64,000 nucleotides of DNA from Octopus sinensis (Eukaryota): positions 14,260,001 to 14,324,000 of the forward strand of contig NC_043020.1 in assembly GCF_006345805.1 (NCBI RefSeq). The letters are read 5' to 3'. Of the stretch, positions 12,116 through 24,193 are shown piece by piece (the stretch's first letter is position 1; each line of letters begins with the position of its first letter). The position numbers and the translations under genes are program-made. Below the pieces are notes generated by a model. The model worked only from the letters and a program-made list of their open reading frames with translations, ran no database searches and had not been told where the DNA came from.

Positions 12116-12141
12116 AGAAGAAAAATTCATCTTATATTTAT

Positions 12142-12173
<32 letters not shown>

Positions 12174-12327
12174 ACAGACAAACAGTGTAAAGTGGTTGGT
12201 GCTATGAAGGGTAGCCATCCATAGAAACCAAGCCAAAATCTGAGGCACACAAACAAGTTGTGATTCTCCAACCCATCTAGAAGGTTTGTATATCTATGAA
12301 TAAAAACTAATTCAGAATGTTGAAGGG

Positions 12328-12738
12328 GGTGAGCTGGCAGAAACGTTAGCACGCCGGGCGAAATGCTTAGCAGTATTTCGTCTGCTGCTACATTCTGAGT
12401 TCAAATTCTGCCGAGGGCGACTTTGCCTTTCATCCTTTCGGGGTCGATTAAATAAGTACCAGTTATGCACTGAGGTCGATGTAATCGACTTAATCCATTT
12501 GTCTGTTCTTGTTTGTCCTCTCTGTGTTTAGCCCCTTGTGGGTAGTAAAGAAATAGGTATTTCGTCTGCTGCTACGTTCTGAGTTCAAATTCTGCTGAGG
12601 GCGACTTTTTTTTTCATCCTTTCGGGGTCGATAAATTAAGTACCAGTTACGCACTGGGGTTGATGTAATTGACTTAATCCCTTTGTCTGCCCTTGTTTGT
12701 CCCCTCTATGTTTAGCCCCTTGTGGGCAGCAAAGAAAT
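12328..12738 (+). mobile_element. tRNA-derived SINE family C with duplicated body
   Basis: Head GGTGAGCTGGCAGAA...GAGTTCAAATT; the body from GTATTTCGTCTG onward occurs twice. Confidence 0.8.
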
Positions 12739-13314
12739 ATAAAACTAATTCAGACTGCCAAGATGTCTTCAACCTATGCCAACATGGAAAGCAGATATAA
12801 GAATGATACTGATTGTGGTGGCGGTGGCAGTGGTAGTGGTGGTGAGGGTGGTGGTGGCGGTGGTTCTGGTGGTGGCAGCAGTGGTGGTGAAGATGTTGCT
12901 GCTGCTGATGATGATGATGATGACAGTGACATATGCTTCAATGCATTTATCTTAAATAGGTTTGGTGTTATATTCTCAAGAGGAAATATGTAGGACCAAA
13001 AACTGAAAGGATTCAATATCAATGTGGAGATGAATCTCATTCAATTTGGGAGATTAGTCTCTTAATTATTTATGAATCAGTAGCTGCTGGCTGATGATGC
13101 TGAGCTGGCAATTAGTGTGCAAGGAAAAATTACGAAACCTAGCAGAAGGCATTCAAATTAATTTATTGCACCGCAGCAAACGTTTCCAGCCTTGCTCTAA
13201 AACAGTTTTCAAAGTTACATCGCTTGAATGTATTTCGGGATTTAACAGCCGAAGACAGTAATTTCAACCTTGTTTGTGTCTTAACTTTGGTGAAATCTCA
13301 ATCGGTTTAAACCA

Positions 13315-13318
<4 letters not shown>

Positions 13319-13363
<45 letters not shown>

Positions 13364-14690
13364 CTCTCTCTATTTCTTTCAATCTCTCTCTATTTCTCTT
13401 TCTTTCTCTCTTTCTATTTCTCTTTCTATCACTCTCTCTCTCCCTCATTCTCTCTCTCTTTATCTCTATTTCTCTCTTTCTCTTCCTTCCTTTCTTACTC
13501 TCTCCCCCTTTCTCTCTCTTATTCTCTCTTTCTATTTCTCTTTCTATCACTCTCTCTCTCCCTCATTCTCTCTCTCTCTATTTCTCTTTCTGTTCTCTCT
13601 ATTTCTTTCAATCTCTCTCTATTTCTCTTTCTTTCTCTCTTTCTATTTCTCTTTCTATCACTCTCTCTCTCCCTCATTCTCTCTCTCTTTATCTCTATTT
13701 CTCTCTTTCTCTTCCTTCCTTTCTTACTCTCTCCCCCTTTCTCTCTCTTATTCTCTCTTTCTATTTCTCTTTCTATCACTCTCTCTCTCCCTCATTCTCT
13801 CTCTCTCTATTTCTCTTTCTGTTCTCTCTATTTCTTTCAATCTCTCTCTATTTCTCTTTCTTTCTCTCTTTCTATTTCTCTTTCTATCACTCTCTCTCTC
13901 CCTCATTCTCTCTCTCTTTATCTCTATTTCTCTCTTTCTCTTCCTTCCTTTCTTACTCTCTCCCCCTTTCTCTCTCTTATTCTCTCTTTCTATTTCTCTT
14001 TCTATCACTCTCTCTCTCCCTCATTCTCTCTCTCTCTATTTCTCTTTCTGTTCTCTCTATTTCTTTCAATCTCTCTCTATTCTCTCTTTCTATTCTCTTT
14101 CTATCACTCTCTCTCTCTCTCTCTCTCTCCCTCATTCTCTCTCTCTTTATCTCTATTTCTCTCTTTCTCTTCCTTCCTTTCTTACTCTCTCCCCCTTTCT
14201 CTCTCTTATTCTCTCTTCTATTTCTCTTTCTATCACTCTCTCTCTCCCTCATCTCTCTCTCTCTCTATTTCTGTTCTCTCTCTATTTCTTTCAATCTCTC
14301 TCTTTCTCTTTCTTTCTCTCTTTCTATTTCTCTTTCTATCACTCTCTCTCTCCCTCATTCTCTCTCTCTTTATCTCTATTTTCTCCTTTCTCTTCCTTCC
14401 TTTCTTCTCTCTCCCCCTTTCTCTCTCTTATTCTCTCTTTCTATTTCTCTTCTATCACTCTCTCTCTCCTCATTCTCTCTCTCTATTCTCTTTCTGTTCT
14501 CTCTATTTCTTTTCTTTCTCCTCTCTCTCTCTCTCTTTTCTTTCTCTCTCTTTCTATTTCTCTTTCTATCACTCTCTCTCTCCCCCTTCTCTCTCTTATT
14601 CTCTCTTTCTATTCTCTTTCTATCACTCTCTCTCCCTCATTCTCTCTCTCTCTCTCCTCTCTCTCTCTCTTTTCTCTCTTGCACTTTCCC
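13319..14690. repeat. CT-rich polypyrimidine satellite with ~229-bp higher-order period
   Basis: Nearly pure C/T with scattered A; identical antisense ORFs at 13519, 13748 and a related one at 13977 are spaced 229 bp apart. Confidence 0.9.
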
Positions 14691-14744
14691 TCTCTTATTT
14701 GGCCTGTTCATATATACCAGTTGATATCCAAATTAAAATAAACT

Positions 14745-14945
14745 TTTTATTCTTTTACTTGTTTCGGTCATGACTGGGGCCATGCTGGAGCACTGCCTTT
14801 AGTCGTACAAACTGACCCCAGGATTTATTCTTTGTAAGCCTAGTACTTATTCAATCAATCTCTTTTGCCGAACCACTAAGTTACGGGGACATAAACACAC
14901 CAACATCGGTTGTCAAGTGATGGGGGGGGGGGCACAAACACATAA
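14745..14945 (-). mobile_element. SINE family A, 3' half
   Basis: Tail and 3' module only. Confidence 0.75.
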
Positions 14946-15285
14946 ACAGGTATCATCCACTTTCAGTGACAGGCACTTCTTTATGCAGCTGTCCTCATTC
15001 ATACACATCACATCTCCAAACCAACGTAGTCTTCTCTCTTGCATGCTACATTTGATTCCTCTTATGCCCAACTTTTCTCTCAATACATTTGCACTTTGTC
15101 TTACATGTGCACTGTTGTTGCACATCCAACGGAACATACTACCTTTGTTTCTCTCCAGTCTATGCATGTCTTCAGCACTCAGAGTCTATGTCTCACTACT
15201 ATGGTGTATAGCCGTTCATACACAAGCATCATATAGTCTACCTTTCATTCTGAGAGAGGCCCTTTGTTGCCAACAGAGGTAATAG
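14946..15285 (-). mobile_element. RTE LINE ORF2 fragment (post-RT region), decayed
   Basis: Translates to ...LREKLGIRGIKCSMQERRLRWFGDVMCMNEDSCIKKC..., homologous to the RTE at 45327-45625. Confidence 0.8.
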
Positions 15286-15764
15286 CATAACGATCAATAA
15301 TTAATGCCTATTCATTTTTGTTAGAAATTCTAAATTGACTAGCATTTTCCTTACATTGAGTATTATGAAATCTGTCTGTTAGTTTTTTAATTAATAAAAT
15401 TTGAATGGTGACCACCATTGCTGCTGTTGCCATCTGTGGTTGTTTTCAGCTTCAGAGGCTAAGAGAAATAGGGTTTGGTAAGAAATTGGAAGAGGGGGAG
15501 AAATTTCCCTCAAGAGGAGAGAATTGCTGAAAGTTTTATTTCTTTTTATATATACTTATTTTATTACGCAAGTAGATATTTCTATATAATTCATTCTGAT
15601 TTTTTTTTTTTTTAATATTTTGGTTGTCCTAGTAGCTGCAAGAAGATACAGATAAATTTATTTTGCCCTAAATTTGGGGCTTATCTATGTACTGCAATGT
15701 ACTTGAGATAAAACTACATGGTCAGAAATAATTTTTTTTAAAAAGAGAACAATTATAAAATATG

Positions 15765-16075
15765 TGTTGGCATCCTTTTTGTCTCGGGAGACAATGGAGT
15801 TGCACATAAAATAGTCTAGTCTGGCTTTTACATTTCATGTCCTGATACATTTCCTGCTGTGGCTGTGTAGTCCTATCCTGGACAAACACTCCCTCTGGCA
15901 GGTACCGCAAAGACTGTTCCTGGCTGGTTGTAATATCATAGTTTCTTGTTGATGTCTTTTCTTGTCTTTCCATTTCTCCTCTCTCTCTCTCTGTCACTCC
16001 TTTGTATTCCCTCTTTTACGGTATGTCACCAATCTCCACGGTTGCTGGCAACTGCTTCCCAATTGCTTATATTGC
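15765..16075 (-). mobile_element. RTE/BovB-like LINE 3' end
   Basis: NWEAVASNRGDW followed by a terminal zinc finger CGTCQRECLSRIGLHSHSRKC and an RTE-like end CCATTGTCTCCCGAGAC. Confidence 0.75.
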
Positions 16076-16109
16076 TAATTATAAAATATAAAGCACTAAT
16101 TATGAGCCT

Positions 16110-16420
16110 TTGCTCTCTCTTCAGGCTTTAACAATCTTGCATCTTGTGTCCTGGTTTCCCACAATGCCAACAATTTATTCCAACCATCTCTTGTTCTTTC
16201 TTCTTCAAATAGCTTTCTCTTTTATGTCCAACGTTCCTACTTCACATACTTGCCCCTTCCTTGTTTTGAATCTGGAACTGTAGTCTACTGGAATCTTCCT
16301 GTGCTAGACCTTACATACGACAAAAATTCCAGTGCTCTGTCATGCCTCTTGTAGCTAAAAAACAAATCAATTATAGACTGGATTTTCTGTTTGCCTCTGT
16401 TTGCCAAGTTGTCATTTAAG
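16110..16420 (-). pseudogene. Gag-like remnant with CCHC zinc knuckle
   Basis: CWHCGKPGHKMQDC (C-X2-C-X4-H-X4-C) at 16131-16172, preceded by a basic segment; in-frame stops. Confidence 0.45.
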
Positions 16421-16570
16421 TATCTTTGTAATTGTGAGCCGTATGTTTACAATTGGCAATTATTAAAAGCTGCATAGCTTTTTTCTTTTTAATATTTTTT
16501 TATGGGGTTAGCAGGAAAAGATAATCTAGTGGAGATCTTTCATTTGAACACAAATAAAGTACAGTTTGCT

Positions 16571-16810
16571 TTTCGGTGGTACATAAAAAGCATCATCCAA
16601 TCTTGGCCGTTTGCCAGCTTCGTCTGGCACGTAAAAAGCACCCACTACACTCATGGAGTGGTTGGCGTTAGGAAGGACATCCAGCTGTAGAAACACTGCC
16701 AGATCAGACTGGGCCTGGTGCAGCCTTCTGGCTTCCAAGACCCCAGTTGGACCATCCAACCCATGCTAGCATGGAAAGCGGACGTTAAACGATGATGATG
16801 ATGATGATGA
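16571..16810 (+). mobile_element. RTE 3' UTR fragment (family B)
   Basis: Ends GGACGTTAAAC(GAT)n. Confidence 0.75.
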
Positions 16811-17121
16811 GATAGTTTGAGTTAAAGTCAATCTTAGGGTTTACTTACCAATCCTTTGGCTACTTAAAGCTGCATAACTAAATTCACCACATACTCAATA
16901 GTAGTATTTATAGTTCGCCCACACTGTAAAAAGATTATTTATCAATGGACAGTGCAGTATGATATAACCACAGGCTCACCCAACCACTTCATGCCACCCT
17001 CCCCACTTCCATTCTGTTTTGAATTAATTTAAATTCAACAGGCGACTGCGACTTTGCTATTGCTTATCTTGATGATATTTTGATAAAGAGTGAGTCAGTG
17101 GAGCAACACTTCAAACATATA

Positions 17122-17510
17122 GGTGCAGGAGTGGCTGTGTGGTAAGTAGCTTGCTAACCAACCACATGGTTCCGGGTTCAGTCCCACTGTGTGGCACCTT
17201 GGGCAAGTGTCTTCTACTATAGCCTCGGGCCGACCAATGCCTTGTGAGTTGATTTGGTAGACGGAAACTGAAAGAAGCCTGTCGTATATATGTATATATA
17301 TACGTATGTGTTTGTGTGTCTGTGTTTGTCCCCCTAGCATTGCTTGACAACCGATGCTGGTGTGTTTACGTCCCCGTCACTTAGCGGTTCGGCAAAAGAG
17401 ACCGATAGAATAAGTACTGGGCTTACAAAGAATAAGTCCCGAGGTCGATTTGCTCGACTAAAGGCGGTGCTCCAGCATGGCCGCAGTCAAATGACTGAAA
17501 CAAGTAAAAA
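17122..17510 (+). mobile_element. SINE family A, full length
   Basis: Family A sequence. Confidence 0.85.
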
Positions 17511-17973
17511 AAAAAATTCAGTTTATCGTTAAGCTAATTTTTCTTTCTGGATGTAATCAGTATTCATCAAAAATTTTCTCCATTTGCAACAGTGTGTTAA
17601 TATCATCCCTCTGCCTCCGTCCATATTGTGCATAGTCGTCTGAGAAAGTATGTCATTCGCTGTTATGCGTGTGTGTGTGTGTTTGGAGAGGCAAAACAAG
17701 GTGGTCCAGTTTTCAAGAACGTTTTAAGCAAGACAAGAACACTAACAAACTCTAGCTGTCATGTACGTTACTTGTCAGGAAGCTTTTAATCAACATTGTA
17801 AGCGTTAAGTGCAGCTCAAAGTCAACTATATTTGCCTGATGTTGTTATAAGGTTGATGTAAAGAGCAACAGCATTGTTTTTACAAAACTTTGAAGAGTTA
17901 GGTAGAATCAGCCAAATTAGGAGAGACAAGAAGTTACAATCTGTTGTCTTGTGTCTGACAGTAAAGAAGTGGT

Positions 17974-18188
17974 CTCTTTACTCTCTTTTACTCTTTTACT
18001 TGTTTCAGTCATTTGACTGGCCATGCTGGAGCACCGCCTTTAGTCGAGCAACTCGACCAAGGGACTTTTGTAAGCCCAGTACTTATTCTATTGGTCTCTT
18101 TTGCCGAACCGCTAAGTTACAGGTGACACACCAGCATCGGTTGTCAAGCAATGCTAGGGGGACAAACACACACACACAAACACACACA

Positions 18189-18226
<38 letters not shown>

Positions 18227-18391
18227 TACGACGGGCTTCTTTCAGTTTCCGTCTACCAAATCCACTCACAAGGCTTTGGTCGGCCCGAGGCTATAGTAGA
18301 AGACACTTACCCCAGGTGCCACGCAGTGGGACCGAACCCGGAACCATGTGGTTGGTAAACAAGCTACTTACCACACAGCCACTCCTGCGTC
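17974..18391 (-). mobile_element. SINE family A, full length
   Basis: Reverse-complement copy. Confidence 0.85.
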
Positions 18392-18591
18392 TGAAGGAAA
18401 TATTTTTTGAAGTGAAGGATCAGCACTGGTGTAGCTGTGTGGCAAGAATCTTGCTTTCCAACCACGTGGTACTGGGTTCAGTCCCACTGCATGGCACCTT
18501 GGGCAAGTGTCTTCTATTATAACCTTGGGCTGACTAAAGCCTTCTGAGCAGATTTAGTTGACAGAAACTGGAAGAAGTCTATATATATACA

Positions 18592-18762
18592 TAGGAGTGG
18601 CTGTGTGGTAAGTAGCTTGCTTACTAACCACATGGTTCCGGGTTCAGTCCCACTGTGTGACACCTTGGGCAAGTGTCTTCTACTATAGTCTCAGGCCGAC
18701 CAAAGCCTTGTGAGTGGATTTGGTAGACAGAAACTAAAAGAAACCCGTCGTATATATGTATG

Positions 18763-18806
<44 letters not shown>

Positions 18807-19058
18807 TAAATTAGAGATAAAACCACTATTAGGCAAATCAAACAGTGAAAATCATAAACCAATAAATATTTAAATTAAAGTTAATTTAAAAAAATTATTT
18901 AAATTAATAATTTATATATATATAATGTTTGATTTGCCTAATAGTGGTTTTATCTCTAATTTAATATAATATATATATATTTATACTATAAAATTGGATT
19001 TAATCTTAAATCTAATTTTTCCCTGTAAGTTTGGATTTACTCCCTAATATTATTATTA

Positions 19059-19128
<70 letters not shown>

Positions 19129-19340
19129 GTTTGTGTGTCTGTGTTTGTCCCCCACACAACATCGCTTGACAACCGATGCTGGTGTGTTACATCCCTGTAA
19201 CTTAGCGATTTGGCAAAAGACAGCAATAGAATAAGTACCAAGGTTAAAAAAGACGTACCGGGGTGGATACATTTGACTAAATTTCTTCAAGGCAGTGTCC
19301 CAGCATGGCTGGAGTCGAATAACTGAAACAAGTAAATAAA
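18592..19340 (+). mobile_element. SINE family A split by an AT-rich insertion in its internal microsatellite
   Basis: Head 18592-18760, insert ~18800-19060 (related to ~4225-4345), 3' half 19110-19340. Confidence 0.7.
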
Positions 19341-19541
19341 TAGCAAAAAAGATAGGTGAGGAATATGAGTTGGAACAGATTTAAATGAAGATGTAAAGAC
19401 AGTTGGAAGCAAATTTTATTCAACAAAAGCAATAACAACATGTAACAAAATCATCTTTAAATGATTGTTCTGGAGCATATTCACCATCTACTTCAATTAC
19501 TGCTTCCCATTTGCTTGGCAGACAGTCAGACCGTCATTTAA

Positions 19542-19762
19542 CCCTTTAGCATTCAAACTGGCCATATCCGGCCAAAAATATTCTACCTGTTTTATGTTCA
19601 AACTGGCCAGATCTGGTCTCTCACACCAGCCCCACAATATCGTTTTAAAAATTAACGGCTACCTCATCAAAATCGCATAGCTACAAGATAATGCATGATT
19701 AGTTTAATACAATGAGGATGTAAAAGCATTAATTTTGGCAGAATAATGAGAACACTAAAGGG
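19542..19762. mobile_element. piggyBac-type MITE
   Basis: TTAA|CCCTTTAG...CTAAAGGG|TTAA, 221 bp, opposite orientation to 5459-5677. Confidence 0.8.
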
Positions 19763-19980
19763 TTAAAGATGCTTTTTTAAAATATTGTTATTATTTTTGT
19801 TGAATAAAATTTGTTGAAAAAAACCCACAATTATTATGCACCAACCCAATACACTCCTTTAATTCTTTAGTTCTTTGAATCATTGCTGCTAAAAATGGGA
19901 GGAAAAAAAAAATCTTGCCATTACATCTGAAAATGTTGAAAGTAAGTTGGTGTACCAGCCATGGTACTTTACAAAATGAA

Positions 19981-20428
19981 GGTGGCAAGCTGGCAGAATC
20001 GTTAGCACGCCGGGCGAAATGCTTAGTGGTATTTCATCTGCCGCCACGTTCTGAGTTCAAATTCCGCCGGGGTCGACTTTGCCTTTCATCCTTTCGGGGC
20101 CCATAAATTAAGTACCAGTTATGCACTGGGGTCAATAAATTAAGTACCAGTTATGCACTGGGGTCGATGTAATCGACTTAATACCTATGTCTGTCCTTGT
20201 TTGTCCCCTCTGTGTTTAGCCCATTGTGGGTACTAAAGAAATAGGTATTTCGTCTGCCGTTACGTTCTGGGTTCAAATTCCGCCGAGGTCGACTTTGCCT
20301 TTCATCCTTTCGGGGTCAATAAATTAAGTACCAGTTACGCACTGGGGTCGATGTAATCGACTTAATACCTATATCTGTCCTTGTTTGTCCCCTCTGTGTT
20401 TAGCCCCTTGTGGGTAATATAGAAATAG
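19981..20428 (+). mobile_element. SINE family C with duplicated body
   Basis: Same dimeric layout as 12328-12738. Confidence 0.8.
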
Positions 20429-21320
20429 GTACTTTACAAAATGCGCATAAGTCACAGCTTATCAGAACTTATAGCAATGCCACCTCCACCACGACCACGA
20501 CCACCACCAGTCTTTGAAAGATACCGTCTTCTGAGAGCTGATATCTTTATGTTTATTCCCAGTCATTCAACAACCCACATTAGATGTGACATTTTAGTAC
20601 CGGCTTGTGCGATCCTTATGTACAAGTTTGTACTGTTGCTCAGTATATTGCCAATAAGATTTTGATGACAAATAAGATTTGTTGATATTTTCTTGGTCAG
20701 TACTTCTGAAAAAGGAAGTCGAACAGAACTTTCATTTTGGTTTCAAAGAATTTAGCCTTATTCTACTGAAAAGCTGGAGATTTTGGAAAAAAGTTTCATG
20801 TTTTCTCTACCATACCTTTCTCTACTAAATGTCACTCTCACTCTCTCTCTTCCTTTTCCTCCTCCTCCTCAGCTAACTTTCTCTCTCTCCTCATGACTGA
20901 TTATATCCACATCAATTTGGCTAGAATTTTGCTCTTTTTGGAATTTATTTCCTGTTTCTGTGCTCTCCAAGGTCTATAATCTTGCAATCTGTGATCTCAC
21001 TTCCTTCCTCCCACCTTTGTGATTTCTCTCTATCTCTTTTTCTCTTTTTTTTAATCTCTAATCTCTTCCTCCTCCTCCTCCTCTAAATTTCTCTCTCTCT
21101 CTCTCTCTCTCTTCCTCCAATTCACTTTTGTAATTAATTGTAAGTTTCCACCATTTCAGATACACTCAACCAGTTCAGTCTCTGCTCAAACCTTGCTATC
21201 CTACATTACTGCTGACTGATATAATAATAATAATAATATTGGTAAGGTTCTTCGTATGTTTCCTGTCGTGATAACATCATCACTGTCACATTCAGAATCA
21301 TCATCATCATCATCATTGTC

Positions 21321-21351
<31 letters not shown>

Positions 21352-21544
21352 CCACCACCAATGCTACCATTCTTTCACCAACACCATTGCCACAGTCACT
21401 AACATCATTTTATCAACTGCACTTGTGCTATTGTGTCCATTGGTATCATCATCACCATCACCATCAGTATTTTATGCACAGCTCAATTGCAGCACAATTA
21501 CAGTCGCTTGTATCATCACCAAAAACACTACCACCACCATCACC

Positions 21545-22345
21545 AAAATCACCACCATCAGCAGCAGAACCCCCACCACTGCCATATCCACACCTCCACA
21601 CACATGCACACCACAGCCCTATTTCACCACTGTTCCATGCTCCTGGCCAACACCTTTATCACCACTACCACCACCCTCACCACTGCCATATCCACCCCCA
21701 CACACACACCACAGCCCTATTTCACCACTGCCATATCCACCACCCCCACACACACTACAGCCCTATTTCACCACTGTTCCATGCTCCTGGTCAACACCTT
21801 TACCACCACTACCACCACCCCACCACTGCCATATCCACCACCCCCACACACACACACTACAGCCCTATTTCACCACTGTTCCATGCTCCTGGCCAACACC
21901 TTTACCACCACTACCACCACCCTCACCACTGCCATATCCACCACCCCCCCACACACACCACAGCCCTATTTCACCACTGTTCCATGCTCCTGGCCAACAC
22001 CTTTACCACCACTACCACCACCCCCACCACTGCCATATCCACCCCCCCCCCACACACACACACACCACAGCCCTATTTCACCACTGTTCCATGCTCCTGG
22101 CCAATACCTTTACCACCACTACCACCACTACCACCACTCCACCACTGCCATATCCACCCCCCACACACACACCACAGCCCTATTTCACCACTGTTCCATG
22201 CTCCTGGTCAACACCTTTACCACCACTACCACCACCCCCACCACTGCCATATCCACCACCCCCACACACACACCACAGCCCTATTTCACCACTGTTCCAT
22301 GCTCCTGGCCAACACCTTTACCACCACTACCACCACCCCCCATCA
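21545..22345. repeat. C/A-rich minisatellite, ~100-110 bp unit, ~8 copies
   Basis: Recurrent ACAGCCCTATTTCACCACTG(TTCCATGCTCCTGG) separated by CAC/CCA runs. Confidence 0.9.
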
Positions 22346-22534
22346 CTGCCACCACCACCACCGGCTTCGTTACTGTAATCTCATCATAAATTTATAAGTA
22401 AATTAAATTTTTTTTTCTTGTTTTTCCTCTTCTTTTTTTTTTACTGTTTTCCTTGAAGAAAATTTTGAAAGATTAAGACGACTTCCTTGTCTAGATAAAT
22501 TGAGTTTTAAAGTAATTCAATGATATAAGATTTA

Positions 22535-23827
22535 CGAGGGGCGTTCAATAAGTAATGCCTCTGACCCACTTGCCTTTGTTTGATTGAGCTGAAATTTTGC
22601 ATGTGCAATTATTGATATCTCTATAGATTAAGTGGCAAATTACAGCTCCGAACTAATTGTGGTTTCTGATTTACAGGTGTTTGAAATGAGTAAGTGGGAA
22701 ATGGAGCATGTTGAGTGTCGAGCAGTGATCCGGTTTTTGTATTTGAAATGATGCACACCACAGGAGACTTTTAATGAAATGAAAGTAACTTATGGTGATG
22801 ATGCCCCATCATATGATCTTGTAAAAACGCTGGCATCGTGAATTCAAAACATGGTCGGAACTCTGTGGAACAGCTCCCAGATCTGGTCGCACCCCTTCTG
22901 CCATTGATGAGGCATCTGTCCATCAAGTTGAGGCTGCCATTTTGGAAGATCGACGCTAACTATTCGCCAAATAGCCCATGAGATCAAGATTAGTACCGGG
23001 TCTGTGGAAACTATCATTCATGACCATTTGCATATGCAAAAGGTGTCTGCCAGATGGATTTCCAGGTTGCTCACACTTTTCCAGAAGCAAGAACGCAAGA
23101 ATTCCAGAAGCAAGAATTTAGGGATGTGCCAAGAAGATGAGTCAAAATTTTTCAAAAGACTGATTACACAGGATGAGACCTGGGTCCATCACTATGATCC
23201 AGAGACCAAAGCCCAGTCAATGCAGTGGAAGCACCATGACTCACCTCCTCCAAAGAAGGCAAGGGTGCAGCCCTCCCGCTGCAAGGTCATGCTCACAGTC
23301 TTCTGGGACCAGGACGGAGTAGTGATGACAGATTTCCTGGCAAAGGGTACCACAATTACAGTAGTCTATCATGTTTCACTTTTGAGGAAATTAAGAGAAG
23401 CTATCGAACCAAGAGGCGGGGCAAGATCAGTAAGGCATCCTCCTCCTGCAGGACAACGCTCTGGTCCACAACTCGCGTGTCGGCCAGATCAGAAGCACAG
23501 GCGTGTGCGGCTATGAACTCTCTTCTCCCATCCCCCTACTCTCCTGACCTTGAACCTCTGATTTACACCTCTTCCCAGCCATGAAGTTGTTTTTGAAAGG
23601 AAAGCATTTCCCAGATGATGCAGCCTTGATTTCTGAAGTCACGTCGTGGTTGGAGGACCAAGCTGGGGTCTTCTATGAAAACGGTCTCCAGAACTGCATC
23701 AAACGATGGGAGAAATGCGTACCTCTGGGTTGTTCCTATGTAGAAAAAGACTAATACCTGTGCCAAGTTACGTTGCTCTACTGCTATGGGAAGTGGGTCA
23801 GGGGCATTACTTATTGAACGCCCCTCG
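22535..23827 (+). mobile_element. Full-length mariner DNA transposon (irritans/Himar-like), decayed
   Basis: 37-bp TIRs CGAGGGGCGTTCAATAAGTAATGCC(T/C)CTGACCCACTT with 1 mismatch, TA TSD on both sides, 1293 bp. Confidence 0.95.
22701..23754 (+). pseudogene. Mariner transposase pseudogene
   Basis: Motifs WISRLL, ITQDETWVHHYDPE, LQDNA and YSPDLEPSD; stop at codon 17 and several frameshifts. Confidence 0.9.
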
Positions 23828-23850
23828 TAATTACATGAATTATGTATATA

Positions 23851-24050
23851 TCATCATCATCATCATCATCTTCACCATTTAATGTCTGTCTTCCATGCTG
23901 GCATTGGTCAGGACAGTTTCACAGGAGCTGAAAAGCTGAGGACTGCACCAAGTTCCACTGTCTGCTTTGGCAAGGTTTTTATAGTTGGATCCCCTTCCTG
24001 GAGCCAACCACTTTACAGAGTGTACTGGGTGCTCTTTCCATGGCACCTGC
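23851..24050 (-). mobile_element. Older family B variant (RTE 3' UTR)
   Basis: (CAT)n tail and diverged family B body. Confidence 0.6.
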
Positions 24051-24102
24051 GCCTGTGCTTTTATATATATATATCAAAATAAGCAACAAGAATGACTCCA
24101 AT

Positions 24103-24193
24103 AATTTGGTACGATCGTTTCGTACTACATCATTTTATTAAATGTTGTAAGTATTACAACAGTTTTAAAATGCTTAGTACTCATCAGCCAATT
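24103..24193 (-). ncRNA. Canonical type I hammerhead ribozyme motif
   Basis: Minus: AATTGG-CTGATGA-GTACTA...TAGTAC-GAAAC-GATC-GTA-CCAAATT. All conserved core bases are present, stem II is 6 bp with a G-C closing pair, and stem III is the palindrome ACGATCGT. Confidence 0.85.

Noticed and set aside
12697-13040. Gly/Asp-rich ORF and antisense poly-Pro ORF
   Set aside because: GGT/GAT trinucleotide repeats next to a SINE.
13274-14773. 499-aa Ser/Leu/Phe ORF and antisense Arg/Glu ORFs
   Set aside because: Translation of the CT satellite; no stops are possible from this composition.
20480-20720. Possible minus-strand terminal exon after TTTTTCAG
   Set aside because: Two frames are open for only 36-46 codons with no recognisable homology.
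21387-22397. Extensin- or mucin-like Pro/His/Thr proteins
   Set aside because: All three frames are open because of the minisatellite; no splice signals or frame preference.
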